Virus record (IMG/VR): IMGVR_UViG_3300009161_000021
Length of the DNA stretch: 64,000 bases
Reading direction: 5' to 3' (one strand)
Source of the DNA: a virus
Lineage: Duplodnaviria; Caudoviricetes
Part shown: positions 8,840-17,422 of the stretch, piece after piece
Numbering within the stretch: the first letter of the stretch is position 1
Layout: the number at the start of each line of letters is the position of its first letter
Program-made: the position numbers and the translations under genes
Notes under the pieces: generated by a model
Seen by the model: only the letters and a program-made list of their open reading frames with translations
What the model was told of the DNA's origin: nothing
The model's database searches: none

Positions 8840-9022
8840 TCATTCAGTCCTCCCATCATTCATCCTCTTCAGGATATTCTCCCTCTTCTTCTTGAGGGAC
8901 CGGATGTTCGCACGGTAGATCTTCACATTGTTGAGAACGACCTCCAGGAAACGCTCCTCTTCCCGAAGATCGGCCTCACAGACCTGCAGAGCCGTCTTCA
9001 GCTGCCAGTCGTCCATGGGCAT
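8840..9022 (-). CDS. small coiled-coil hypothetical protein
   Basis: TGATG coupling. Confidence 0.55.
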   Translation of the reverse strand: MPMDDWQLKTALQVCEADLREEERFLEVVLNNVKIYRANIRSLKKKRENILKRMNDGRTE

Positions 9023-9360
9023 CAGGTCATCTCACTGAGGAGTTTCAGGATCTTCTGGTCTTCCACATGTTGAATCTCTTCCTTCATCGCTGACATGATC
9101 GCCTCCATGTTACTAGGGGGAGGCTTTGCCGTTCCGGTCCTGAAGATCCTGCCTGCCCTCTGGGTGATCAGGATCCCATCGACCAGCACCTCCCAGATCT
9201 CGATGTGGTCCAGGTGGTCTGGGATTCGACTGATCGCGATGGTGGGCTTTGGATGGACATCGAGTGTCCGCCAGATCTCGTAGAGACCGCCGGGCTCGAT
9301 GTCCATGTGATAACCACGATCGGTGTGGTCAATCGACCAAGTTGCTTTGAGCTTCGGCAT
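9022..9360 (-). CDS. hypothetical protein
   Basis: Coupled ORF in an early operon. Confidence 0.6.
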   Translation of the reverse strand: MPKLKATWSIDHTDRGYHMDIEPGGLYEIWRTLDVHPKPTIAISRIPDHLDHIEIWEVLVDGILITQRAGRIFRTGTAKPPPSNMEAIMSAMKEEIQHVEDQKILKLLSEMT

Positions 9361-9572
9361 TATCGACCCATCGCACTGACAAGTCGAAAGTCTCGCTCAT
9401 CTTCATACTCACACTCGTGATCCTCTTTCGGAGCCAGGCCCTCGAGGCAAACCACGGCGCACCCGCATGTGTCGTTCAGCCAGAGGACTCGGTTGAAATC
9501 GTGGACGAGGTTCTCTCGTTTTAGCCACTTGGAAAACAGAGGATCGGTCTCAGGAATCTTATCCCAGCTCAT
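9360..9572 (-). CDS. hypothetical protein
   Basis: Coupled ORF, CGC..C. Confidence 0.55.
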   Translation of the reverse strand: MSWDKIPETDPLFSKWLKRENLVHDFNRVLWLNDTCGCAVVCLEGLAPKEDHECEYEDERDFRLVSAMGR

Positions 9573-10861
9573 TCCACACTCCCAATCTTCTTGGTGATCT
9601 GATGGTAACCGACGTAGTAGGTCATTCTGTTGATGGAGTCCTTGATGGCGTACTGGATGGGCTCGAAATCGTTTCCGTCCTCGTCCTGAAAGATGCCTGC
9701 TCTCTGTCGTTCCTTGATGACCCCCTCGATCTCGAATCGGACATGATCGCCGGGCTTCAGGTCCTGTCGGGGATCGCGTGGTCGAGGCGGAAGATGCTCG
9801 TAGGTCTCATTCATGACTCGAGTGAACTCATCCTCCTCGACCAGTCGTTGGGTTTGACAGTCACAGCGCTTCATTCCGCGGGTACCTGGGCCATATGAGA
9901 TGAGACCGGTGTCACCACACTTGGGACAGTTGGGTGCCCCGCGCATTCCTGCCGTGTCCTTGTCAAACTTCTTGCGGAGCTCCTGTCCCTCATCGACGAG
10001 ATCCTTGAAGCTCTTCGCGTCATCAAGGGCATTGTCACGGAGGTTCAACTGGCCAACTGTGTACCGAAGACGATGCTCATCAAGCGTTCTCAATGTCACC
10101 CGGAGGAGCGCGCCGTGCGAGACGTCCATCTCATCAGCATAGTGCAGAAGGAGTTTCTTGATGTGCTTCTTCATCGAATGATCATGGACATCGATGACCA
10201 CGCCTACATCGTTTGATGTGTTCACCTTGACAAACTCCAGGGCCTTGATCACCATCGCCGTGGTCCGGCCTGTCCGTCGCTGGTAGTTGCACTCGGAGTG
10301 ACCGCATTCCTTGTTGTCCTCGATTCGAATCCTGGAGAACTCAGCAGCTGGGAGGAATGGATTGCCTTCGGGTGTCTTGATGGCTCGGGTTGGATTGCAG
10401 CGCTTGCATTCCGTGTTGCCATGGAGGCATTTCTTGGGACCCTCATCATCGTCCATCAGGTCATCGAAGATCCGATCGAGTGCCTTGGCGTTCCTGATGT
10501 CCCGAGCCTTCAGTTCATCGCAGGTGCACATTGCCCATCCGTTCTGTCCGTGTGGGCAGTCCTTGTGGTGACCAGGGAGCGGAAGCTTTCGACCCATGTG
10601 ATCGATGACGCCATCGGCCTCAAGATCCGAGAGCTTCGCCTGCAGCGTGTGGGTGTGGAGCTCAGAGGCGCGGAGCTGAAGAGAGAGTCGACCGATCTCG
10701 GCAAGGAGGTCTTTTTCACGGTCCTGGGCCTGAATGCGATCAATGATGGGTAGCGGGATTTCCTTACAGGGATTGGTCATGTTTCCAAACTTGGGCATTG
10801 GGTGGAGGTTGCAGTTGAGGTTGGGACCTGCGACACCGCAGTTTGGACAGGGATTGGTCAT
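9569..10861 (-). CDS. mosaic protein: several Zn-ribbon motifs, degenerate P-loop-like segment, C-terminal KPGD SH3-like module
   Basis: CPNC, CPHG..CTC, CLHG..CKRC, CPKC..CDC; QRRTGRTT; DLKPGDHVRF; GAGGAG RBS. Confidence 0.7.
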   Translation of the reverse strand: MTNPCPNCGVAGPNLNCNLHPMPKFGNMTNPCKEIPLPIIDRIQAQDREKDLLAEIGRLSLQLRASELHTHTLQAKLSDLEADGVIDHMGRKLPLPGHHKDCPHGQNGWAMCTCDELKARDIRNAKALDRIFDDLMDDDEGPKKCLHGNTECKRCNPTRAIKTPEGNPFLPAAEFSRIRIEDNKECGHSECNYQRRTGRTTAMVIKALEFVKVNTSNDVGVVIDVHDHSMKKHIKKLLLHYADEMDVSHGALLRVTLRTLDEHRLRYTVGQLNLRDNALDDAKSFKDLVDEGQELRKKFDKDTAGMRGAPNCPKCGDTGLISYGPGTRGMKRCDCQTQRLVEEDEFTRVMNETYEHLPPRPRDPRQDLKPGDHVRFEIEGVIKERQRAGIFQDEDGNDFEPIQYAIKDSINRMTYYVGYHQITKKIGSVE

Positions 10862-10865
10862 GTTT
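10766..10865. repeat. 19-bp perfect direct repeat ACAGGGATTGGTCATGTTT
   Basis: Copies at 10766-10784 and 10847-10865, duplicating the start (MTNPC) of the 430-aa gene. Confidence 0.85.
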
Positions 10866-10876
10866 GCTCCTCTTAT

Positions 10877-10905
10877 ATTCTAGCTTGTTGGTTGATCATT
10901 TACAA
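10877..10905 (-). promoter_or_regulatory. sigma70-type early promoter
   Basis: TTGTAA-17nt-TAGAAT. Confidence 0.6.
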
Positions 10906-11173
10906 GAAGTTCTATGTCTTGCTCAGCCACCCAGATCCAAGCGGGCTGCCCGTCGATCAGGAGGTGTGCAGCGTCGGGGCGTATGGTGGTGTCGAGGTCG
11001 TTGCATTCGGCGCAGGCGGTCATGGCGGCTTCGCGGCCAGCGGCAGTGGCATCCAGGATGAGACAGATCCGACCCGGAGCGTTGTCCCAGCCTCGACCTC
11101 CATACCAGAAGAGCTGGGTCTTCAGGCGGATGAGTCCGCCCTTGTGGGACTGGAGCTTATCGAGGAAGGTCAT
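10880..11173 (-). CDS. SH3-like hypothetical protein
   Basis: KGGLIRL...GRICLILD...DIELLV pattern shared with cassette family. Confidence 0.6.
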   Translation of the reverse strand: MTFLDKLQSHKGGLIRLKTQLFWYGGRGWDNAPGRICLILDATAAGREAAMTACAECNDLDTTIRPDAAHLLIDGQPAWIWVAEQDIELLVNDQPTS

Positions 11174-11177
11174 CGGA

Positions 11178-11549
11178 TCACTCGTAACTCGACAGGTTGC
11201 CTTCCCACTTCTTCTCTGTCACGTCCGAAGGATCGATGCCGAACCTGTTCTCCAGTGACTTCATTGCGTCAGCCCGCTTGGGATGGCGAATCTCATCCGT
11301 GTGAATGACCAGCTTCCCGTCAGTCCAGGTGTGCCACCAGACCCGCCAGTGCCACTTCGATCCGGGTGGGTCGATGTTCTTCATCGATGTGATGTAGCCC
11401 ATGGGGCCGCGGGTGACCACCACCTTGGCCCCCTCAACCGGCTCATCTGGGTTTCGGGTGATCCAGCCGATCCCACCGGATGGGAATCCTCGGGGTCCGG
11501 AGAGGTCGAATCGGTTTATTCCGTAGTGCTGTTCCCAGGTGTGTGTCAT
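11178..11549 (-). CDS. hypothetical protein
   Basis: Trp-rich ORF, ATGA coupling. Confidence 0.6.
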   Translation of the reverse strand: MTHTWEQHYGINRFDLSGPRGFPSGGIGWITRNPDEPVEGAKVVVTRGPMGYITSMKNIDPPGSKWHWRVWWHTWTDGKLVIHTDEIRHPKRADAMKSLENRFGIDPSDVTEKKWEGNLSSYE

Positions 11550-11731
11550 ACTCCGATCTCCCTCTCTTCTTTCATCTTGAGCATCCGCCAGGCGTATTCG
11601 AAGCAGTCACGTGCGAGCCACACCGGGATGAACCCGTCCTCCAGCTCCTTGATGATCTTCGTCTGGCTCTTCTCGGACTGGATGGCGCTCCAGAGAGTGC
11701 CAATCTTTTGGGCTTTACGAGTGATCTTCAT
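11546..11731 (-). CDS. hypothetical protein
   Basis: GAGGAG RBS. Confidence 0.55.
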   Translation of the reverse strand: MKITRKAQKIGTLWSAIQSEKSQTKIIKELEDGFIPVWLARDCFEYAWRMLKMKEEREIGV

Positions 11732-11733
11732 GT

Positions 11734-11931
11734 TTACTCCTCGCCAGTGATGATCTTGATGTCTTCGAGTGGAATGCCCTTCACCTTGCTGAGGTATTCC
11801 TTGGCGTCATCGAGACTGTAGAACATTGCTCGGGCAAGCTCGCCGTCCTCGTCCTTGGTGACGATCCAGAAGACGTCTTCCTCGCAGTGGTAGACATCAG
11901 TTGGGCTGACTTCGATGTATGGGATGCTCAT
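11734..11931 (-). CDS. hypothetical protein
   Basis: AAGGAG RBS then ATG 11931. Confidence 0.55.
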   Translation of the reverse strand: MSIPYIEVSPTDVYHCEEDVFWIVTKDEDGELARAMFYSLDDAKEYLSKVKGIPLEDIKIITGEE

Positions 11932-11954
11932 GTTGTCTCGCTCCTTATGCACTA

Positions 11955-11983
11955 ATCATACCACATCACCCGCCCGTTTGCAT
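11955..11983 (-). promoter_or_regulatory. sigma70-type early promoter
   Basis: ATGCAA-17nt-TATGAT with TGG. Confidence 0.75.
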
Positions 11984-12179
11984 GGGACTCGACCAGCGCT
12001 CGAGCATGCTCTCGCTGAGATGGCAGCGCCAATCCCCGATGAGAGCACCCCAGTACGGCTCCTCGGGCACCCAGCGATCACCCTCAAGATTGAGGAGGAG
12101 GACGAGCTTCCCTGAGAACATGTCAGTCCCCAGATGCTCGTCATCTGTGTCGAAGCGTCGGAGGTCACCGGGGTTTCAT
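11966..12179 (-). pseudogene. frameshifted MKPGDL-family cassette
   Basis: ATGAAACCCCGGTGA has one extra C versus the family motif, giving MKPR*; removing it gives MKPGDLRRFDTDDE...GKLVLLL, paralogous to 7399-7596. Confidence 0.7.
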
Positions 12180-12397
12180 TCGACAGGCTCCAGCCCGGAC
12201 TCATAGACCCAGCCCTGTATGCCATCGACGAGGACACGGATCTTGCGCTCACCACGTAGGTGAGCCACCTCGTGAAGGCCGAGGACGATCGCAGGGGTCC
12301 CTTCCGGGTACGGTTGTGACATTGCGTAGCCCGTCGAGAGATTGACAACATAAGTCCCCTCAGGATCGGAGATCTGCATGAGATCACCCGGTTTCAC
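12176..12397 (-). CDS. MKPGDL-family cassette
   Basis: GTG start inside junction 12381-12407; MKPGDLMQI. Confidence 0.75.
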   Translation of the reverse strand: MKPGDLMQISDPEGTYVVNLSTGYAMSQPYPEGTPAIVLGLHEVAHLRGERKIRVLVDGIQGWVYESGLEPVE

Positions 12398-12761
12398 TGA
12401 TCACCTCCGAGTTGTCCTCGACGTACCTGTGAGAGACGTCAAACTTTCCATCAGGGCCCATGCTGCTGCAACCGCGGGAGTCGATGCTGATAACAACGAA
12501 GGGTGCCGCACGCCCGTCCTTCCAGCGACGGAGCTCTCCGACCCGGACCGGGATGAACGCCCAGTCGTTTGCTGAGAGGGTGTAGATCTGGTCCCCGACG
12601 ATCGCTCTCGGACGCAAGTTGTACCACTTGTCCCTTCTGACGCTGACAACCTCGGCGCATGTGTTTAGAGGCAGGGTCTCGAAGTTCTTGTACGAGACCC
12701 TGTTCTTCCAGGCCTGCGAGCCCCGGTGCAGGGCGACGGCGGTGTATCCTTTCTTGATCAT
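12384..12761 (-). CDS. hypothetical protein with C-terminal VGELRRW SH3-like module
   Basis: ATG 12761 is 6 nt after a -10 box; ends EVISETG* in the junction motif. Confidence 0.65.
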   Translation of the reverse strand: MIKKGYTAVALHRGSQAWKNRVSYKNFETLPLNTCAEVVSVRRDKWYNLRPRAIVGDQIYTLSANDWAFIPVRVGELRRWKDGRAAPFVVISIDSRGCSSMGPDGKFDVSHRYVEDNSEVISETG

Positions 12762-12767
12762 GATACC

Positions 12768-12796
12768 ATCATACCCTATAGCGGGTCGGGTTGCAC
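12768..12796 (-). promoter_or_regulatory. sigma70-type early promoter
   Basis: GTGCAA-17nt-TATGAT. Confidence 0.7.
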
Positions 12797-12961
12797 GGGT
12801 TCGAGCTCGTCCCCAAAATAGTACATGCACTTCCCGTCCAGCGTCATCACGTAGAAAGCGCACCCGGGAAGATCCTCATGTGGGTGTGCCAGGATGAGAC
12901 CGAGACCGAAGTAGAAATTGTCAGCCGTCACGTGAACGAGATCACCGGGCCTCAGCTGCAC
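12776..12961 (-). CDS. MKPGDL-family protein
   Basis: LRPGDLVHV...GLGLIL. Confidence 0.65.
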   Translation of the reverse strand: MQLRPGDLVHVTADNFYFGLGLILAHPHEDLPGCAFYVMTLDGKCMYYFGDELEPVQPDPL

Positions 12962-13149
12962 GAGAGGTTTTCCAGCTCGTACTCGAAAGCAGCGACACGC
13001 TCACCCCCGATCAGGACATCGAAGAGAATGCTTTTGGGACCCAGCGCGCAGCCCTCGGAGACTATCATGCCGATCTTACCCGAGAATTGCTCCCAGTCCT
13101 CCATTCTGACGTGATCAGCCTTGATGCGAACGAGATCACCCGGTTTCAT
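12952..13149 (-). CDS. MKPGDL-family cassette
   Basis: MKPGDLVRI; 14-nt overlap 13136-13149. Confidence 0.75.
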   Translation of the reverse strand: MKPGDLVRIKADHVRMEDWEQFSGKIGMIVSEGCALGPKSILFDVLIGGERVAAFEYELENLSCS

Positions 13150-13309
13150 TGATCACCCTGGTCCTGTGCTTTCCAATATCGAATACAACCCCGCCCTGCA
13201 GGACCCTGATACGAGGTCCGCTGAAATACGATGGTGCCTCGGAGATGTAGATCGCAGGTGTGAGTTTTCCCATGTCATCTCGAAGCCAGATCAGATCACC
13301 GGGTTTCAT
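13136..13309 (-). CDS. MKPGDL-family cassette
   Basis: MKPGDLIWL from ATG 13309 ...RVINETG*. Confidence 0.7.
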   Translation of the reverse strand: MKPGDLIWLRDDMGKLTPAIYISEAPSYFSGPRIRVLQGGVVFDIGKHRTRVINETG

Positions 13310-13503
13310 GCTTTCTCCGACCCCTGCCCATCGGGCTCCTGGAGGTTGTAGGGGTGCATGCGACGAAGACCATCGTGGAACAGGACCACGAGGAGGGTGA
13401 AGCTGCTGTTCCATTGGTGATCCTCGACCTCGCCGATCACGACTCCGACCTCACCCCGGCCTTGGACACCCTTCTTGATCTGGACAAGATCACCTGGTTT
13501 CAT
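13306..13503 (-). CDS. MKPGDL-family protein
   Basis: MKPGDLVQIKKG...GEVGVVI, the most KOW-like member. Confidence 0.75.
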   Translation of the reverse strand: MKPGDLVQIKKGVQGRGEVGVVIGEVEDHQWNSSFTLLVVLFHDGLRRMHPYNLQEPDGQGSEKA

Positions 13504-14177
13504 CAGACCTCCAGGATGTTGCCGTGGCTCGTCACCGTGCCCATCCGCCCATCGTCGCAGCAGGACCCGTTGCTGAAGACCGTCGGCAGGCCGCCCACCG
13601 TCCGGGTGCCTGCGTTCCGGATGTCATCCGTCGAGTGGACGTGACCAAACAGCATGAACCGTGGTGGGGCCTTAGCAACACGCTTCCGGAGGGCGCTGCA
13701 GCCCACCAGCTCCACCTTATTGTGGTGGTCGTAGGTGGCATCCAGAACCCCATACGGGGGCCCGTGCGTGATCAGGATGTCAAGTCCCTCCGGAATGTTG
13801 TCCCAGATCCGGTTGATCGTCCCACGATCCTTCATGTACGCCCAGTCGCCGTAGCGCGGGCTGAAGGGAGATCCCCAGATCCGGAGCCCGTCGATGACGA
13901 TCTCCTCGTTGATGAGGAGGTGGATCTTCCGGTGCTCGACGAGCTCACGGGTGATGAGACCCTTCTCGAGGGATGTGTCGTGGTTACCCGGGACGAAGAT
14001 CTTCGTCGGGATCGGGAGCGTCGCGAACCAGTCGATGAAGGCACGGAGCTCCGACTCGTTGCGGTACGGGTCACGCCAGTTCGAGGCGTCCCCGCTGTGG
14101 ATGACGCAGTCGACCCCTTCGGGTACGATGAGTTGACCATGCGAACCATGTGTATCAGAGATGTGCCAGACCTTCAT
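13503..14177 (-). CDS. calcineurin-like metallophosphoesterase
   Basis: SDTHG, HSGD, PGNHD, THGPP, FGHVH motifs; start MKVWH at 14177. Confidence 0.9.
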   Translation of the reverse strand: MKVWHISDTHGSHGQLIVPEGVDCVIHSGDASNWRDPYRNESELRAFIDWFATLPIPTKIFVPGNHDTSLEKGLITRELVEHRKIHLLINEEIVIDGLRIWGSPFSPRYGDWAYMKDRGTINRIWDNIPEGLDILITHGPPYGVLDATYDHHNKVELVGCSALRKRVAKAPPRFMLFGHVHSTDDIRNAGTRTVGGLPTVFSNGSCCDDGRMGTVTSHGNILEV

Positions 14178-14392
14178 TCGCTCTCCTTGACGGGTCGGCA
14201 CCAAGTGCTGGGGACCGACCATCGTTCATTTTTATGTAGTACCAACCATTCATCACCGTACTTCTCATCGCCCGGACGGCGGGCGGTGACCTCCAGAAAG
14301 AGCCCGATCTTGGCCCTCTCCCAGTTGGGATGTTCACCGATCTCTTCCATTAGATTCGGCCGTGCAAACATGATGAGATCACCCGGCTTCAT
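14174..14392 (-). CDS. MKPGDL-family protein
   Basis: MKPGDLIMF. Confidence 0.7.
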   Translation of the reverse strand: MKPGDLIMFARPNLMEEIGEHPNWERAKIGLFLEVTARRPGDEKYGDEWLVLHKNERWSVPSTWCRPVKESE

Positions 14393-14401
14393 TCCGTCTC
14401 C

Positions 14402-14611
14402 TTACTCCTGAATCATACCAGGTTCAGTCCCGTCTTGCACAGGTTGCAGGGCGAGATCCGTCAGGGACAGAACACCGTCCTCCGGAGTGAGGACCTCGTA
14501 CACCACACCCTGACCAGTGATACTAAGGTTCTCGAGTCTGGTACCGATGACGAGCCCGATGATGGAGGGGCGTGTGCCTATGTAGAACCTGACGAGATCT
14601 CCGGGTTTCAC
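14402..14611 (-). CDS. MKPGDL-family protein
   Basis: MKPGDLVRF...IGLVIG (GTG start). Confidence 0.7.
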   Translation of the reverse strand: MKPGDLVRFYIGTRPSIIGLVIGTRLENLSITGQGVVYEVLTPEDGVLSLTDLALQPVQDGTEPGMIQE

Positions 14612-14614
14612 CGC

Positions 14615-14833
14615 TCACTCCTTTCCTACGATCTCACTTTCGTTCTCTATGTCATCAGCGAAGAACCACCTCTCCCCACCATTAGAGAGGACCCACCAGA
14701 TCTTGTCGGTGACTGTTGAGGAGAATGTCATCTGATCGGGACGGACCGTCATGAAGAGCAGGGACTCCGCCGGAGTTCCGACTCCTGCAAGACCGTCGGA
14801 CTTCCAGCGTCGAAGCTGCCCTGGCTCAATCAT
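14615..14833 (-). CDS. SH3-like cassette-family protein
   Basis: MIEPGQLRRW. Confidence 0.65.
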   Translation of the reverse strand: MIEPGQLRRWKSDGLAGVGTPAESLLFMTVRPDQMTFSSTVTDKIWWVLSNGGERWFFADDIENESEIVGKE

Positions 14834-14836
14834 CGC

Positions 14837-15088
14837 TCAACCGCCGCATCGGCTCTCAACGAGGAGCACCTCACCCTCGACCAGGCCGTAGCTCGAGTAC
14901 TCGATGAATCGCTTCGTCTGAGGGTTCCAGCCGCTGGTGGCGGGTTGAGTGGCGTACCAGAGGTTCTCACCCTTCCACGTCACGTCGAAGATCTGCTGGT
15001 CGCAGGGAACCTGCACCGCCATCGAACCGCCGAGGACCTTGGTTCGCTGGTTATCGGTGCAGGAGAGAAGGAGAAGGAGCGCGATCAT
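14837..15088 (-). CDS. putative lipoprotein
   Basis: MIALLLLLSC lipobox-like signal. Confidence 0.6.
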   Translation of the reverse strand: MIALLLLLSCTDNQRTKVLGGSMAVQVPCDQQIFDVTWKGENLWYATQPATSGWNPQTKRFIEYSSYGLVEGEVLLVESRCGG

Positions 15089-16272
15089 ACGTCGATCCGA
15101 CCGACGGAGTAGCCCGTCCCCCAGGCATTGTGGTTCCGTTCCTCGGAGATCTGAACGAGGAACTCGACCCCGTCGTCCTCGATCTTGAAGAGGAAGGTTC
15201 CCGAGTAAGGGTCGACCTTGAACAGGTGCTCGCTTCTGAGCTGGAGCCAGAACTGACGACCGCTGGGGACATCATCCTCCTCATCAGCCTCGTCAACGGA
15301 ACGGGCTCGCAAGCTTGCCCTCTTCGCCTCCAGGTTCTTACGACCGAGATCCTCGACCGCTCGGACACTGAGCCCTCCGTAGCGCTCGCTGTTGATCATG
15401 ATGAGCGGCGAGACGCTGAGACTCGAGTTGTGCGTGACCTTCCACGTGCGCTTGGGATCATCCGGGGTAGCCACGGTGACGATCCACTTGCCCCCAGCGG
15501 GGCCCCCGAAAGGCTTCACGTTGAGGACCTCAAGGTTCTCATCGAAATCACCACCGTATCGGTTGAGCTCGTCGACAAGGGTCTGCAGCATGTCGAAGTT
15601 GAACTCCTCGCAGGTCCCGCTCACACCGAGGATCTTGTCGAGGTAGCTGCTGTCCTGAAGGACATCACCGCAGTACTCCTCGATGAATTCAGCCGTGAGA
15701 CCGGTGAAGCTGATCGCGTACCGGAGGCGCCCAGGTCGGTTGTGGAAGAAGTCCCGGACGGAGTACTTGTCGTTGCAGGTGATGATCATCACCTTGTTCC
15801 GAGCCGTGAATACACCATCGAAGAGGGTGAGGATCGATTCCTGCGCGTCCTTGTCGTACATCTTCTCGAACTCATCGAAGATGATGACGGCGGGCTGCTC
15901 GATGCCCTGGATCGTCCGCATGAAGCGTTCATCCGAGAACGGGGTATTGACGATGATTGTCGGCAGGCCAGAGGTCTTCGCGACGTACTTCGCCAGGAGA
16001 GTCTTGCCCGAGCCCTTCGTCCCGCTCAGGAAGACGCCCACCTGCTCGTCCCGGGAACGATTCTGGAAGGTCTCGAGGATCCGATCTCCGTGTCGACGGG
16101 TCTTACCGTAGAGCTTCCGCGGAAGGGTGAATGCCTCGCTCTCCTCGAGGAAGTACTCCTTCGTGAGTGGATTCTGGCAGACAGTGTAGTTTCCAACCGG
16201 AAGGGCATCCCGGACATCTAGCTGGGCATCGGGGGTGAGGGACCAGCGGTCCTCGTTCTTCAGGTACTTCAT
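15085..16272 (-). CDS. AAA+ ATPase
   Basis: Walker A GTKGSGKT, Walker B IIFDE, sensor TCN, arginine finger NRPGR. Confidence 0.9.
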   Translation of the reverse strand: MKYLKNEDRWSLTPDAQLDVRDALPVGNYTVCQNPLTKEYFLEESEAFTLPRKLYGKTRRHGDRILETFQNRSRDEQVGVFLSGTKGSGKTLLAKYVAKTSGLPTIIVNTPFSDERFMRTIQGIEQPAVIIFDEFEKMYDKDAQESILTLFDGVFTARNKVMIITCNDKYSVRDFFHNRPGRLRYAISFTGLTAEFIEEYCGDVLQDSSYLDKILGVSGTCEEFNFDMLQTLVDELNRYGGDFDENLEVLNVKPFGGPAGGKWIVTVATPDDPKRTWKVTHNSSLSVSPLIMINSERYGGLSVRAVEDLGRKNLEAKRASLRARSVDEADEEDDVPSGRQFWLQLRSEHLFKVDPYSGTFLFKIEDDGVEFLVQISEERNHNAWGTGYSVGRIDV

Positions 16273-16306
16273 GTTTATCTCTTTTTGTTGCGGACGTTAC
16301 TTTGCT

Positions 16307-16335
16307 ATCTTACGGGAGGTTTCAGGAGTTTGCAA
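16307..16335 (-). promoter_or_regulatory. sigma70-type early promoter
   Basis: TTGCAA-17nt-TAAGAT. Confidence 0.65.
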
Positions 16336-17374
16336 TCAGGATCTGCATCGCCTCGGCAATGTGAGCCGCCGGGCCACTCGTGTGCATCATGACGCGGATG
16401 CGACCGCCCACGCCACGAGACCAGGTCGGGTCAACGACAGCCGCGAGGCCCAGATGGCTGAGGTGATTGTTCACGGTGCTGACGATGCTAGGAAAGCAAG
16501 CCTGCATCGCTGCCTGCTGCTGGGTCGGTTGGGATCCCTTCGGGACCTCAATGTGTAGCTCAGCCGAGATCGTGTTCCCGCGGACGAGGAACTCGTAATG
16601 GATCTCGCCCTTGCTCTTCGGGTACTTGCTGACGTTGGTGTACTTGTACGTCGCCCGGGCCGATGGGCTTGCGAAGGTCACCCCGCAACCCAGAGCGTTG
16701 AAAGCTGCGATCGCATCAGCGAGGTGCGGACCCTGCGCGACCGATGCGCCAACCTTCGACGGGGTCGCCGGACTGGTCGGGCTTGAGCTCTGTGGGATGA
16801 CCGTGAAGCCGCCCGCGCCGTCCGTTGTCCGCGGGAACCAGGTGTAGCCGATCGAGAGGCCACGACGCCGGGCGAAGGTGACGATCCGCGAGAGGTCGAG
16901 GACCTCCTCGTCGAGAGCAAGGTGAACGTTCACATCGCCCGCCGCCAGACGGGCACGGGCGGTCTCCTCGAGGCTCTCCCGAAGTGCCTCATCACTGCCA
17001 CACAGACGATCGATCGCCCCGCAGAGCCGGCCACCCGTGGCGTCATCGAGATCGTAGAAGTCGTACTCGGCGAGAGCCGACGCGTAGTCGAGTCCCTGCG
17101 CCACGATCTCACGCCGGCTCTCACCGTTCCGGGCGAGCTTCGCCTCGACGACGGTCAGCAGGCCCGATCGGTCGATCAGGAGGACATCGATCTTCAGGCT
17201 GCCACCGTTGAGGTGGATCTGCTGGCCCACGACCTCGACATCACCCCGGCTGAACCCAGGGACGATGTCAGGGTTCTGGACGATCATCGACTCGAGCTCA
17301 GCCTCGTTCGTGTATCCTGCGGTGACCTGCTGCACTGCGACTCCGTTGGATCCGATGCTGTATACCTGACTCAT
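16322..17374 (-). CDS. PD-(D/E)xK nuclease, NucS/EndoMS-like N-domain plus unknown C-domain
   Basis: EAELESMI...IDVLLID...VVEAKL...QGLDY. Confidence 0.75.
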   Translation of the reverse strand: MSQVYSIGSNGVAVQQVTAGYTNEAELESMIVQNPDIVPGFSRGDVEVVGQQIHLNGGSLKIDVLLIDRSGLLTVVEAKLARNGESRREIVAQGLDYASALAEYDFYDLDDATGGRLCGAIDRLCGSDEALRESLEETARARLAAGDVNVHLALDEEVLDLSRIVTFARRRGLSIGYTWFPRTTDGAGGFTVIPQSSSPTSPATPSKVGASVAQGPHLADAIAAFNALGCGVTFASPSARATYKYTNVSKYPKSKGEIHYEFLVRGNTISAELHIEVPKGSQPTQQQAAMQACFPSIVSTVNNHLSHLGLAAVVDPTWSRGVGGRIRVMMHTSGPAAHIAEAMQILIANS

Positions 17375-17393
17375 TCGCGCTCCTTATGATACC

Positions 17394-17422
17394 AGTATAC
17401 CACATCCCGTCATGGGTTGCAT
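17394..17422 (-). promoter_or_regulatory. sigma70-type early promoter
   Basis: ATGCAA-17nt-TATACT with TGG. Confidence 0.75.
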
